DNA from: Poseidonia sp.
GTDB taxonomy: Archaea; Thermoplasmatota; Poseidoniia; Poseidoniales; Poseidoniaceae
Direction of reading: 5' to 3'
Assembly (NCBI GenBank): GCA_038127845.1
Contig: JAYPIL010000005.1
Span: forward strand, 1 to 51,060
Length of the DNA stretch: 51,060 nucleotides
In this document: piece after piece, positions 40,239 to 48,848 of the stretch
Layout of the letters: the number at the start of each line of letters is the position of its first letter
Position numbering within the stretch: the stretch's first letter is position 1
The notes under the pieces: model-generated
Database searches by the model: none
What the model saw: the letters and a program-made list of their open reading frames with translations, nothing else
What the model was told of the DNA's origin: nothing
Made by a program: the position numbers and the translations under genes

Positions 40239-42494
40239 ATGGGACGCAAAGAAGACAACATCAAGAAGGCAACAGAAGTCATGCACATTCTTCCACAAAT
40301 CAGGAACTTGTGCATTGCAGCGCACATTGACCACGGGAAGACCACGCTCTCGGACAACCTGATCGCAGGTGCGGGCATGATGTCCAACGAACTCGCTGGT
40401 GCAGCCCGTGTGCTGGACTTTGACGAGCAAGAATCCGCTCGTGGAATCACCATCAACGCGGCTTCCGCTTCGATGGTCCACGCTGTGCAAGATGAAGATG
40501 AGGATGGGAAGCCGGTGGAGGCGGATGGCAAGCCGAAAATGACGGACTATCTCATCAATCTCATCGATACTCCCGGGCACGTTGACTTCGGTGGTGACGT
40601 CACCCGTGCCATGCGTGCTGTTGACGGATGTTTCATCCTCGCTTGTGCGGTTGAAGGCCCCATGCCCCAAACAGAAACCGTTGTCCGCCAAGCCCTCAAG
40701 GAGAAGGTCAAGCCAGTTCTCTTCATCAACAAGGTCGACCGACTCATCAACGAGTTGCAAGTCACGCCCGAAGACATGATGGCCCGCTTTACCGAGACCA
40801 TCAAGAAAGTCAACAAGCTCATCAAGCAATTCGCTCCTGAAGAGAAGAAGAAGGACTGGCAAGTTTCTGTTCAAGACGGTACGGTCGCCTTTGGTTCGGC
40901 TTACCACAACTGGGGAATCACCGTTCCCTACATGGCCAAGTCCGGTATCTCGTTCAAGGAAATTTTCGAGTACTGTAACAACGAGGACCAAAAGACCCTC
41001 GCTCAAAAGGCGCCCGTTCACGAAGTGCTGTTGGACATGGCTGTGACCAAACTTCCTGGTCCAATTGAAGCCCAAAAATACCGTATCCCCAACATTTGGA
41101 CCGGTGACTTGGAGTCCGAAATCGGACAAGCCATGATGAACTGCAATCCAGATGCAGAATTGGCCATGATGGTCACCAAGATCTGGATGGACCCCCACGC
41201 TGGTGAAGTGGCCGTCGGTCGTGTGTACTCAGGAGCCATCAACCAAGGCGAATCCGTCTACGCTATCGGTGCTGCAAAGTCCGAGCGCGTGCAACAGGTC
41301 GCCATGATGGTCGGTGGTGACCGAATTACCGTGCCCAAGGTCGTTGCTGGAAACATCGCTGCCGTGACGGGTATTCGTTCCGCTGCTGCTGGTGTGACCC
41401 TTTCCCGGGACAAGGACTTCACGCCCTTTGAAGCAATCCGTCACTACTCCGACCCTGTCGTCACCGTTGCCGTTGAGCCAAAGAGCATGAAGGACCTCCC
41501 CAAGTTCATTGATGCACTCCGTTCTCTTGCTAAGGCCGACGCCTCGTTGCAAGTGACGACCAATCAAGAAACGGGTGAAGCATTGCTCGCTGGTATGGGT
41601 GAACTCCACTTGGAAATTACCGTGTACCGAATTGAAGAAGAGCAGAACATCAAGGTCAAGGTCAGTCCTCCCATTGTCGTTTATCGCGAAGGTATCCAAG
41701 GCAACAACCGTGGAAATGCATTTGAAGGAAAGTCACCGAACCGTCACAACCGGTTCTTCTTCGAAATCGAAGCCCTCCCTGAGGATGTCGTCGGCGCTCT
41801 CCGCTCTGGCGAGCTCGGTGACGGACCGGTTCGCAACAGCGACGCCAAGGAAGTTGGAAACAAATTTGGCGAATTGGGCATGGACAAGGATGTCATGCGA
41901 AAGATCTACGCCATCAACGGAACCAACGTTCTCGTCAACGACACCAAGGGTATCCAAAACCTGCACGAAACCCGTGAACTCATCATCGAGGCTTTCAACG
42001 AAGTGTGCGTGAAGGGACCCATTGCTGACGAACCCGTACAGGGCATGTTCGTTCGTCTGGTTGACGCCAAGTTGCACGAAGACGCCATCCACCGTGGGCC
42101 TGCTCAAACCATTCCGGCAGTCCGAAACGGCATCAAGGGCGCCATGATGCGTGCTCGTACCGTTCTTCTTGAGCCCATGCAAAAGGCGTTCATCTCGGTG
42201 CCAAACGACTGGCTGGGTCAAGTTACCCGTGAAGTGACCACACGGCGTGGTATCATCGAAGACATGCCTTCAGAAGGCAACGTGACCACCGTGGTTGGTG
42301 TCATCCCCATCGCTGAAACCTTCGGTTTCTCCAACGATATTCGTGCTGCCTCCCAAGGCCGTGCTGTTTGGAACACGGAAAACCTCGGCTTCGAGATGTT
42401 GCCACCTCAGTTGTTTGACAAGGTTGTCGGAGAAATCCGCCAGCGCAAGGGCCTCAAGCCCGAGCCAAACCCCGAATCTTACTACGCTGATTGA
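40239..42494 (+). CDS. fusA: Elongation factor 2 (aEF-2)
   Basis: AHIDHGKTT, RGITI, DTPGHVDF, NKVD, GMGELHLE, SPNRHN, HEDAIHRGPAQ diphthamide loop. Confidence 0.98.
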   Translation: MGRKEDNIKKATEVMHILPQIRNLCIAAHIDHGKTTLSDNLIAGAGMMSNELAGAARVLDFDEQESARGITINAASASMVHAVQDEDEDGKPVEADGKPKMTDYLINLIDTPGHVDFGGDVTRAMRAVDGCFILACAVEGPMPQTETVVRQALKEKVKPVLFINKVDRLINELQVTPEDMMARFTETIKKVNKLIKQFAPEEKKKDWQVSVQDGTVAFGSAYHNWGITVPYMAKSGISFKEIFEYCNNEDQKTLAQKAPVHEVLLDMAVTKLPGPIEAQKYRIPNIWTGDLESEIGQAMMNCNPDAELAMMVTKIWMDPHAGEVAVGRVYSGAINQGESVYAIGAAKSERVQQVAMMVGGDRITVPKVVAGNIAAVTGIRSAAAGVTLSRDKDFTPFEAIRHYSDPVVTVAVEPKSMKDLPKFIDALRSLAKADASLQVTTNQETGEALLAGMGELHLEITVYRIEEEQNIKVKVSPPIVVYREGIQGNNRGNAFEGKSPNRHNRFFFEIEALPEDVVGALRSGELGDGPVRNSDAKEVGNKFGELGMDKDVMRKIYAINGTNVLVNDTKGIQNLHETRELIIEAFNEVCVKGPIADEPVQGMFVRLVDAKLHEDAIHRGPAQTIPAVRNGIKGAMMRARTVLLEPMQKAFISVPNDWLGQVTREVTTRRGIIEDMPSEGNVTTVVGVIPIAETFGFSNDIRAASQGRAVWNTENLGFEMLPPQLFDKVVGEIRQRKGLKPEPNPESYYAD

Positions 42495-42505
42495 GGCGGA
42501 CTGCC

Positions 42506-42994
42506 ATGGCCGGCGTCGTCGTTGGCTTGCACGTCAATCCTGATGGGGGCGTTCCGAAATGGCCCCAATCCTCGCTCGACATCACCGTTTCAGGGTGCGT
42601 CGGTGACCGTCAAAACGACACGCGCCATCACGGAGGACCAAACCGTGCGGTGTGCTTGATGAAAGAATCGGTCCTGCAAGCCTTGCAAGAAGAAGGCCAT
42701 CCAATTGGCCCCGGAACCACCGGTGAAAACATCTTGATCGGAGGAATTGACGATGTGGTGTTGGGTGCAGAAACGGTCCTTTCCATCGGTTCGGTGCGCT
42801 TGCAATTGACAGGTGATGCACCTCCGTGCAAAACCATCCGTGCCTCGTTTTCAGAGGGTGCATTCACGGCTTTAAGTCACAAACGAAACCAAGAGCGGAC
42901 GCGCTGGTATGCGAGGGTGTTGACACCGGGGACGGTAGAAATTGGTGATGACGTAGCAGTCGTCAGTGAAGACGGGCCAGTTGGAAATCCGTGA
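42506..42994 (+). CDS. MOSC domain protein
   Basis: GGVPK, GDRQ...HHGG..RAV, GENI, PPCK, WYARVL.PG.V..GD. Confidence 0.88.
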   Translation: MAGVVVGLHVNPDGGVPKWPQSSLDITVSGCVGDRQNDTRHHGGPNRAVCLMKESVLQALQEEGHPIGPGTTGENILIGGIDDVVLGAETVLSIGSVRLQLTGDAPPCKTIRASFSEGAFTALSHKRNQERTRWYARVLTPGTVEIGDDVAVVSEDGPVGNP

Positions 42995-44714
42995 GCTCAC
43001 GCAACGCCACCATCGCAGGATTGTTTTCCAATCGGTCCAAACAAGCATGGGCTTGCGCATGGTAAGCTTCTGCCATTTCCTTCGCATAGGCCACAGAGCC
43101 GAGTTCAGCAAGGGCCGCAAGTCCGTCTTCAAGGGCAGATGCGTCAACTTCGTCGCCTTTTCCGAGGACGGCCAACAAGCGTTGCTTGACCGGGCTATCT
43201 GGTTGGCGAAGCGCGTGAATCACCATCAACGTGCGCTTTCCTTGAGCGATATCGGAACCTGCCGGCTTGCCGAGGGTGGCTGAGTCTGAGAGGACATCGA
43301 TCACATCGTCCATCAACTGGAAGCAAAGCCCTACTGCTTTGCCCCAATCGGCCATGAGTTGGATGATTTCTTCATCGGCTCCGGAAATTCGAGCGCCGAT
43401 TTCAGCACAAATCCAGAACATCACGGCCGTCTTTCCTTCGATCATTTCGAGGTAATCGTCTTCGGAAACGTCCAATCGGTCTTCGAACTCAATATCGAGT
43501 TGTTGGCCTTCACTGACTCGTCGTACCATCCATGCAATTCGATTGACCAAGGGTGCCACGTCCTCGGGCTCCAGGTTCTCTGCCTGAACAAGTCGCTCAA
43601 AGGCAATCGCCAACATGGCATCGCCAGCATTAATGGCGGTTGGCATACCGTATTCAACATGGACCGCGTTTCGTCCCCTTCGGATTTCATCGTCATCCAT
43701 GATGTCATCGTGGACCAGAGTAAAGTTGTGGACCGTTTCAATGGCTGCGCCAATGTCCAAGAGGCCTGCATGAGTGTCGCCGACGGCTTTTGCAATGAGC
43801 CACGGGAGCGTGGCACGCATACGTTTTCCTCCTCCTTCGACCAGGTGCATCATGGCGTTTCCAAGTCGTTCATGACGGGATGCTCGTAGACTGCTTTCTA
43901 TTCGGAGTTCGATGAGCGGCTTGACTTCCATGATGGAGGTCAGCAGGTCGGCACCTTCGGCATTGGGAAGCATGTGGCTGACGTCGCCCATGTCGTGAAT
44001 CGTCTCGTCAGCAAGCGTTGTCAAGGCTGCTGGATTGTTGTAATTGGTCCACCAATCCTCGGACATGACCCTGCTTGCAATGCATCGGAACCATGGCGCT
44101 ATGGCCTCCTCCGCTGGGCGTTCTTCGACCAACATGGCTTCCAATTCCTTCTGTGACACCCACATGATGTTGGCCACTTCGTTGGGGTTCGGATTCACAT
44201 CAACATCAGCGCACATGACGAGGATGTGGTCAATTTCTCGTTCAATCCACTCGGTATTCATTCGTGCCGCGTAGCGCATTTTCGTCATGAACGTCATGTC
44301 GTCGGTTGATACGGTGAAAGGGTCGATGCCCAATTCCTGTTCCAGTTTTCGAACGGCCGCACGTTTGACCCCCATGGCGTTGACTTCATCCATCTCTTCG
44401 GGTGCATGCAAGGGGTGTGAGCAACATGCGTTCGCCCAAACATGAGGGAACGTCACCTTGTCAGCCGATCGCTGTTGGAGCAACATCTCTCCTTTGGAGT
44501 TGAACAGCAAGAGACTGAATGCTCGATGAAATGAACCTGGTCCTCTGTGCGATTCGAGTTTCGACATAGGGCCTAGAACTTCGTCGTGTTCACTGACACG
44601 GATAACCGCTTCAGCCATCAAGGTGGCTTGGACCGGGTTCGCTTCAGCCAAAGCAGCCCGTTGGTCATCACCCAAGTCCACGCTCGGGACATCACCGATA
44701 CCGTACCCTGTCAT
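42963..44714 (-). CDS. Fused type 1 isopentenyl-diphosphate isomerase / geranylgeranyl diphosphate synthase
   Basis: N-half HRAFS, LQQRS..KVTFP, NACCSHP, EREID, PWF; C-half GGKRMR, HNFTLVHDDIMD..RRG, GQQLD, KTA, FQLMDDVID. Confidence 0.93.
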   Translation of the reverse strand: MTGYGIGDVPSVDLGDDQRAALAEANPVQATLMAEAVIRVSEHDEVLGPMSKLESHRGPGSFHRAFSLLLFNSKGEMLLQQRSADKVTFPHVWANACCSHPLHAPEEMDEVNAMGVKRAAVRKLEQELGIDPFTVSTDDMTFMTKMRYAARMNTEWIEREIDHILVMCADVDVNPNPNEVANIMWVSQKELEAMLVEERPAEEAIAPWFRCIASRVMSEDWWTNYNNPAALTTLADETIHDMGDVSHMLPNAEGADLLTSIMEVKPLIELRIESSLRASRHERLGNAMMHLVEGGGKRMRATLPWLIAKAVGDTHAGLLDIGAAIETVHNFTLVHDDIMDDDEIRRGRNAVHVEYGMPTAINAGDAMLAIAFERLVQAENLEPEDVAPLVNRIAWMVRRVSEGQQLDIEFEDRLDVSEDDYLEMIEGKTAVMFWICAEIGARISGADEEIIQLMADWGKAVGLCFQLMDDVIDVLSDSATLGKPAGSDIAQGKRTLMVIHALRQPDSPVKQRLLAVLGKGDEVDASALEDGLAALAELGSVAYAKEMAEAYHAQAHACLDRLENNPAMVALRELTDFQLARLH

Positions 44715-44768
44715 CGGTTCACCGTTCCTTTGGACTCGCGGAGGCTACATGAAGAGTTCTCTGCATGG

Positions 44769-45575
44769 TCATGCAACGAGTCTTGTCCCGACGACAGGAC
44801 GGCCAAGGCAAGCATCTTCCACACGTTGATCGTGTTCACCACTGACCAGCAACACCTCAATTTCGTTCTCAGCAACGAGGAATCCACGTTGAACCTTGAG
44901 GCCAATACCGCCGGTAACATCCATCTCCGTAGCGTGTTCGCCCTCAAACAGTTGCTCAGTGCCGAGCGTTTCAATCAAAACATCCGCTACGCCTTCCTTG
45001 GGTGGTTGGGCCAACACGCCGTCGACACCACCCATTGCAAACACGAGGCGTTTCACACCATCGATTTCGTTGGCGAGGCGGACAACCAAATCATCGCCCG
45101 ACAGTATGCCGAACATCTGTTCATCGCAGTCCACCACATCGCCATAGGTGACGACAACGATGCCGCGTGGCGCTTCTTCGAACAGGGCGAGGTCGCCTTC
45201 AAAGGTGGGTCCTGTGTTTCGGGCCCAGGTATGGGGGGGAAGCGAAACAGCCGAGATGTCAAGTTTGGTCAGTGCCCCCATAACGTGCGCATTGAGCTCC
45301 ATCATGTCCTCTCGCACGGCCTCAACCGCTTGTTCTTGTGTCAGTTCTCCTTCGAAGACTGCGCCATCCAATTTCCCATCTGCCAAACGATATTGCTTTG
45401 CTTTCAGGTGGCCGAATGAGCCGGCTCCGTGGACCAAAATCACGTCCATGCCGGCTGACAAACATGCATCGATTTGGTCTGCAAGCGAGTCGAGGATGTC
45501 GGAGCGTACGGTTTTCATGGCGTGCTTTTCGGTGATGAGACCTCCCCCCCATTTCACCACCACGCGTTCACGCAT
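44769..45575 (-). CDS. ipk: Isopentenyl phosphate kinase
   Basis: VKWGGGLIT.K, LVHGAGSFGH (IPK His), GDVV, ILSGDD, DVTGGI..K; directly upstream of IDI-GGPPS. Confidence 0.92.
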   Translation of the reverse strand: MRERVVVKWGGGLITEKHAMKTVRSDILDSLADQIDACLSAGMDVILVHGAGSFGHLKAKQYRLADGKLDGAVFEGELTQEQAVEAVREDMMELNAHVMGALTKLDISAVSLPPHTWARNTGPTFEGDLALFEEAPRGIVVVTYGDVVDCDEQMFGILSGDDLVVRLANEIDGVKRLVFAMGGVDGVLAQPPKEGVADVLIETLGTEQLFEGEHATEMDVTGGIGLKVQRGFLVAENEIEVLLVSGEHDQRVEDACLGRPVVGTRLVA

Positions 45576-45661
45576 GCTGGTGCGACGGAGCGAAACAACA
45601 TGAGGATACCGTTGCGAAGCCGTGGCAAGGATTGATGAGGCATCGCAATGGTGGCCGATTC

Positions 45662-45997
45662 ATGTCCGAAGGGCCAACGGTTGATGCCTTCATGCGTCAT
45701 TTGCAAGTCTGCCTTGATGAGGCCCGAACCATCGGGGACGCCAAAGAGCGGCAACAACGCTGTTGGCAACTGGAATCCGCCCTTCAAGAAGCCATCATCT
45801 ACAAAAATCGCGTCGAGGAGTTGGAGCGCCACGGCATTGACCCCGTGCGCCTGGTTGATGCCGAGAGCAACCAAACACCTGCCCCTGCGCCAAAGAAGGT
45901 CGAGGCTTTGATGACGGGACACGCTCACTGTTCAATGTGCCGTGCCGTGCTCGAACCGGACCTTGCGTTCTGTCCAGCGTGCGGTTCGGAAAAGTGA
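45662..45997 (+). CDS. Small helical protein with C-terminal double zinc ribbon
   Basis: Helical N-terminus then CSMC...FCPACG. Confidence 0.7.
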   Translation: MSEGPTVDAFMRHLQVCLDEARTIGDAKERQQRCWQLESALQEAIIYKNRVEELERHGIDPVRLVDAESNQTPAPAPKKVEALMTGHAHCSMCRAVLEPDLAFCPACGSEK

Positions 45998-46004
45998 ACT
46001 CAGT

Positions 46005-46703
46005 TCACTCTTCTTCTTCTCGTTCCCACTCTTCAATGATTTCGAGGATCAGCGGGTCGTCGTCATCGACCTTGTACAGGTAGGCTCCTGGAACTTCATC
46101 GGTCAAAAACACGGTTGTTCCTGCGCGGAAGATGGTGTGGCCGTCGGCAATGGCACGGACCGTATCCACTTCTAAAATGGCGGGACGATCAATTCGGACG
46201 TGTCCCGCTTCCATGGCGTTAGCAATTGAGCGAGAGAGGTGGACATTTTTCCTGTCGCCCGATGTGAGGCCAAACTCAAGCAGGGTCTCAACTTCATCGG
46301 GTTCACAGGGATAGTAGAGTCCTTCTGGGATGTCGTCGGTGGGCAGGTCCAAATCCAATTCAATCGAGTGGCCGTAGGTGGCTCGAATCATGCCGTTTTC
46401 AACCTGGTAGCGACCCTTTTCGTCGGCGTTAGCAATGGCCTCGAAATGCCATCCACGCAGCCAGTGGTAGTGGCGTCGTTGGTTTCCGATGGCTTCTGAG
46501 AGTTCTCGGGTATTCACCCATCCGTTGATGTCCATATCCACGTTGAACTTCTCTGGGGCGTGGCGCAAGACGAGCGCCAAGATGCGCCCGAGAGAGTTGG
46601 CCTCTCGGTCGCTCATGATGAATTTCCCTTCGTCATTGCAAACCGCACAGTTTGTTCCCGTGAAGTGTCCGTGATTTCGGCATTGGCGTAGCATAGTGTC
46701 CAT
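46005..46703 (-). CDS. kptA: RNA 2'-phosphotransferase (Tpt1/KptA)
   Basis: N-terminal C..HG....C..C, LRHAP, GWV, KGRY, IRATYGHS, R..VHLS. Confidence 0.9.
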   Translation of the reverse strand: MDTMLRQCRNHGHFTGTNCAVCNDEGKFIMSDREANSLGRILALVLRHAPEKFNVDMDINGWVNTRELSEAIGNQRRHYHWLRGWHFEAIANADEKGRYQVENGMIRATYGHSIELDLDLPTDDIPEGLYYPCEPDEVETLLEFGLTSGDRKNVHLSRSIANAMEAGHVRIDRPAILEVDTVRAIADGHTIFRAGTTVFLTDEVPGAYLYKVDDDDPLILEIIEEWEREEEE

Positions 46704-46811
46704 GCGGGTGGGGCCTGTTCAAGAACCCTGCGGGTTGACTGTTCGCCAAAACATCTTCCTTGAGCCTCGCACATCCGTCGGTATGAAATGCTGCGTAGTG
46801 ATGCCCTTGTC

Positions 46812-47984
46812 ATGGTGGATGTAGCAGTGGTCGGTGCCGGCCAAACAAAGTATGGAAATCATCCTTCAGGGCTCAAAGGCATGTGGGCGGAATCGGCATC
46901 CAAGGCCTTCTCGAGCATTGACGGGGATTTCCTCCCTTCCATGGTTGACGAGGCCTTCATTGGAAGCATCGCCTTTGGCGGCTCACAACTCGGGAACACT
47001 GCTGCGTTGCTCACAGAACATTCCGATCTCGATGGTATCTCGGTGAGGCGTGTTGAAAACGCCTGTGCTTCCTCCGGTTTTGCCTTCCGAGATGCTTGGA
47101 TGGCCATCAAAAGCGGTCAAGCCGATGTGGTCGTGGCTGGCGGGATCGAGAAAATGAACGACTTGACCCCCGAACGGCGCCGTTATTGGCTCGGCGTATC
47201 GGGAGACACGGAATGGGAGCGCCTTGCTGGATTGACGTTTCCTGGCACCTACGCATTGATGGCACGACGCTATTTCCATGAATTTGAGGCTACCCACGAC
47301 GATTTGGTCCACGTGAGCGTGAAAAATCATCTTCACGGCTCCACAAACCCGTTGGCTCACATTCAGAAAGAGGTCAGTTTCGAAAAAGCCGCAAGTGGCT
47401 TCATGGTCGCAGACCCGTTAACGCTCTACGATTGCTGCCCAACCTCCGATGGTGCCTCTTGTGTTGTTCTGGCCGCCGACCACGTTGCCAAATCCCTCAC
47501 GGACACACCCGTTTGGGTTCGTGGTTCGGGGGCTGCATCGGACCACCTTGCCCTTCATGACCGACCCTCCATCACGCAATTGAAGGCCACACAACAAGCA
47601 GCAGAACGTGCCTACGGTATGGCGGGTCTGTCAGCCAACCAAATCGACGTGGCAGAGGTACACGATTGCTTTACCATCGCTGAGGTGCTCGCCACGGAGG
47701 ACCTTGGTTTCGCCAACCGTGGGGAAGGTGGTCAGTTTGCTCGGGAGGGGAGAGGCATTCTCAACCAAGGCCAAACAAGTGTCAACGTGAGTGGTGGACT
47801 GAAATCCAAGGGTCACCCCCTCGGCGCCACGGGGACAGGTCAAGTGGTTGAGGTGTTCAAACAGCTCCGTGGCGAAGTGGAATCATCTCGTCAGGTCCGA
47901 GATGCTGAACATGGTTTGACACACAACGTCGGCGGTTCCGGAGCCACCTGTGCAGTCCACGTCTTTGGGAGGGACCGAGCATGA
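46812..47984 (+). CDS. Archaeal-type thiolase (acetyl-CoA C-acetyltransferase)
   Basis: VENACASS, GIEKM, KNH...NP.AH, DGA, EVHDCFT, NVSGGLKSKGHPLGATG, HNVGG. Confidence 0.95.
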   Translation: MVDVAVVGAGQTKYGNHPSGLKGMWAESASKAFSSIDGDFLPSMVDEAFIGSIAFGGSQLGNTAALLTEHSDLDGISVRRVENACASSGFAFRDAWMAIKSGQADVVVAGGIEKMNDLTPERRRYWLGVSGDTEWERLAGLTFPGTYALMARRYFHEFEATHDDLVHVSVKNHLHGSTNPLAHIQKEVSFEKAASGFMVADPLTLYDCCPTSDGASCVVLAADHVAKSLTDTPVWVRGSGAASDHLALHDRPSITQLKATQQAAERAYGMAGLSANQIDVAEVHDCFTIAEVLATEDLGFANRGEGGQFAREGRGILNQGQTSVNVSGGLKSKGHPLGATGTGQVVEVFKQLRGEVESSRQVRDAEHGLTHNVGGSGATCAVHVFGRDRA

Positions 47985-48811
47985 CCTCCGAAGTCTGGAT
48001 GGGCTACCTTGTCGACCACCAACCTGATTTCACGGTGGTTCAATCGCCCTTCGTGTTTGAACAAACCCGCGTTTTCGGGGCTGACAGCGATGCCACGACC
48101 CTCACGGTTGCAGGTATACTTCATCGCCTCAAGCATGAACCCATTTCGACGCTGGGTGTACCTGAAGGGATTGATGCCGATACCGTCATGGCTGCATGCG
48201 ATCTTCATGTTCACGGGGATGAGGATCAGGGTGAACCGGAATGGGACGTGTTGCTCAGTGATGAAGCCACGATTGTCATCGCTCGCCAAGGGGCGGAGGT
48301 CGAACTGTCGGCGTTCGATGTCGAGGTGGCGGTCGACGGAGAGTTTCATACCGCCATGGATGCGGCATGGGAACGTGAACTGAACGCCTTCCACGTCAGC
48401 CAGGGTGCCTATGTTTCAAAATCCCAATACGAAGAGGCTGTAAAATCAAGATTAACACTTGAAGGCCAACGCAACTCAGACGGTCTTGTTTGGCCTCCTC
48501 GTTTCTCAACACAATTCGGGCCATCTGATGTTCCACGATACACGCTTGCACCGACGGGGACCGTGCAGTCTTGGACCACGCTGTCTGCTGCTGGGGCGCC
48601 ATCCGAGTTCGCCTTGAGGGCACCGCTCTTGGGTGGTATCAGCACCGTCATGCTCGAGCTTCACGATGGACCAAAGGGCGTTTTTCTTACGGTTGACGAT
48701 GAAGAGCCAACCCTCGACTTCGGCCTTTCAATGGAACTTGTGCTCCGAAGAATCTACGCGCAAGAGGGCTTTGTGCGATACGGTTTGAAAGCACGCGCCA
48801 TTCAGGATTGA
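47981..48811 (+). CDS. Thiolase-associated DUF35-type OB-fold protein with vestigial HMG-CoA-synthase-like N-terminus
   Basis: DSDATTL, GAYVS, L.G.R....WPPR, GTVQSWT, APSEF, MELVLRRIY...RYG.K; ATGA overlap with the thiolase. Confidence 0.75.
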   Translation: MTSEVWMGYLVDHQPDFTVVQSPFVFEQTRVFGADSDATTLTVAGILHRLKHEPISTLGVPEGIDADTVMAACDLHVHGDEDQGEPEWDVLLSDEATIVIARQGAEVELSAFDVEVAVDGEFHTAMDAAWERELNAFHVSQGAYVSKSQYEEAVKSRLTLEGQRNSDGLVWPPRFSTQFGPSDVPRYTLAPTGTVQSWTTLSAAGAPSEFALRAPLLGGISTVMLELHDGPKGVFLTVDDEEPTLDFGLSMELVLRRIYAQEGFVRYGLKARAIQD

Positions 48812-48848
48812 CAAAGGATTCATAGAAAGTCAAGTTCACCCAGCCAGC

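Noticed and set aside
40203-41198. 331-aa antisense ORF over EF-2, and similar ones over lhr, psmA and the MamK-like gene
   Set aside because: Shadow ORFs produced by strong codon bias on the coding strand; no motifs and fully overlapping confident genes.
44586-45419. 277-aa plus-strand ORF
   Set aside because: Antisense to ipk and the start of IDI-GGPPS; no recognisable features.
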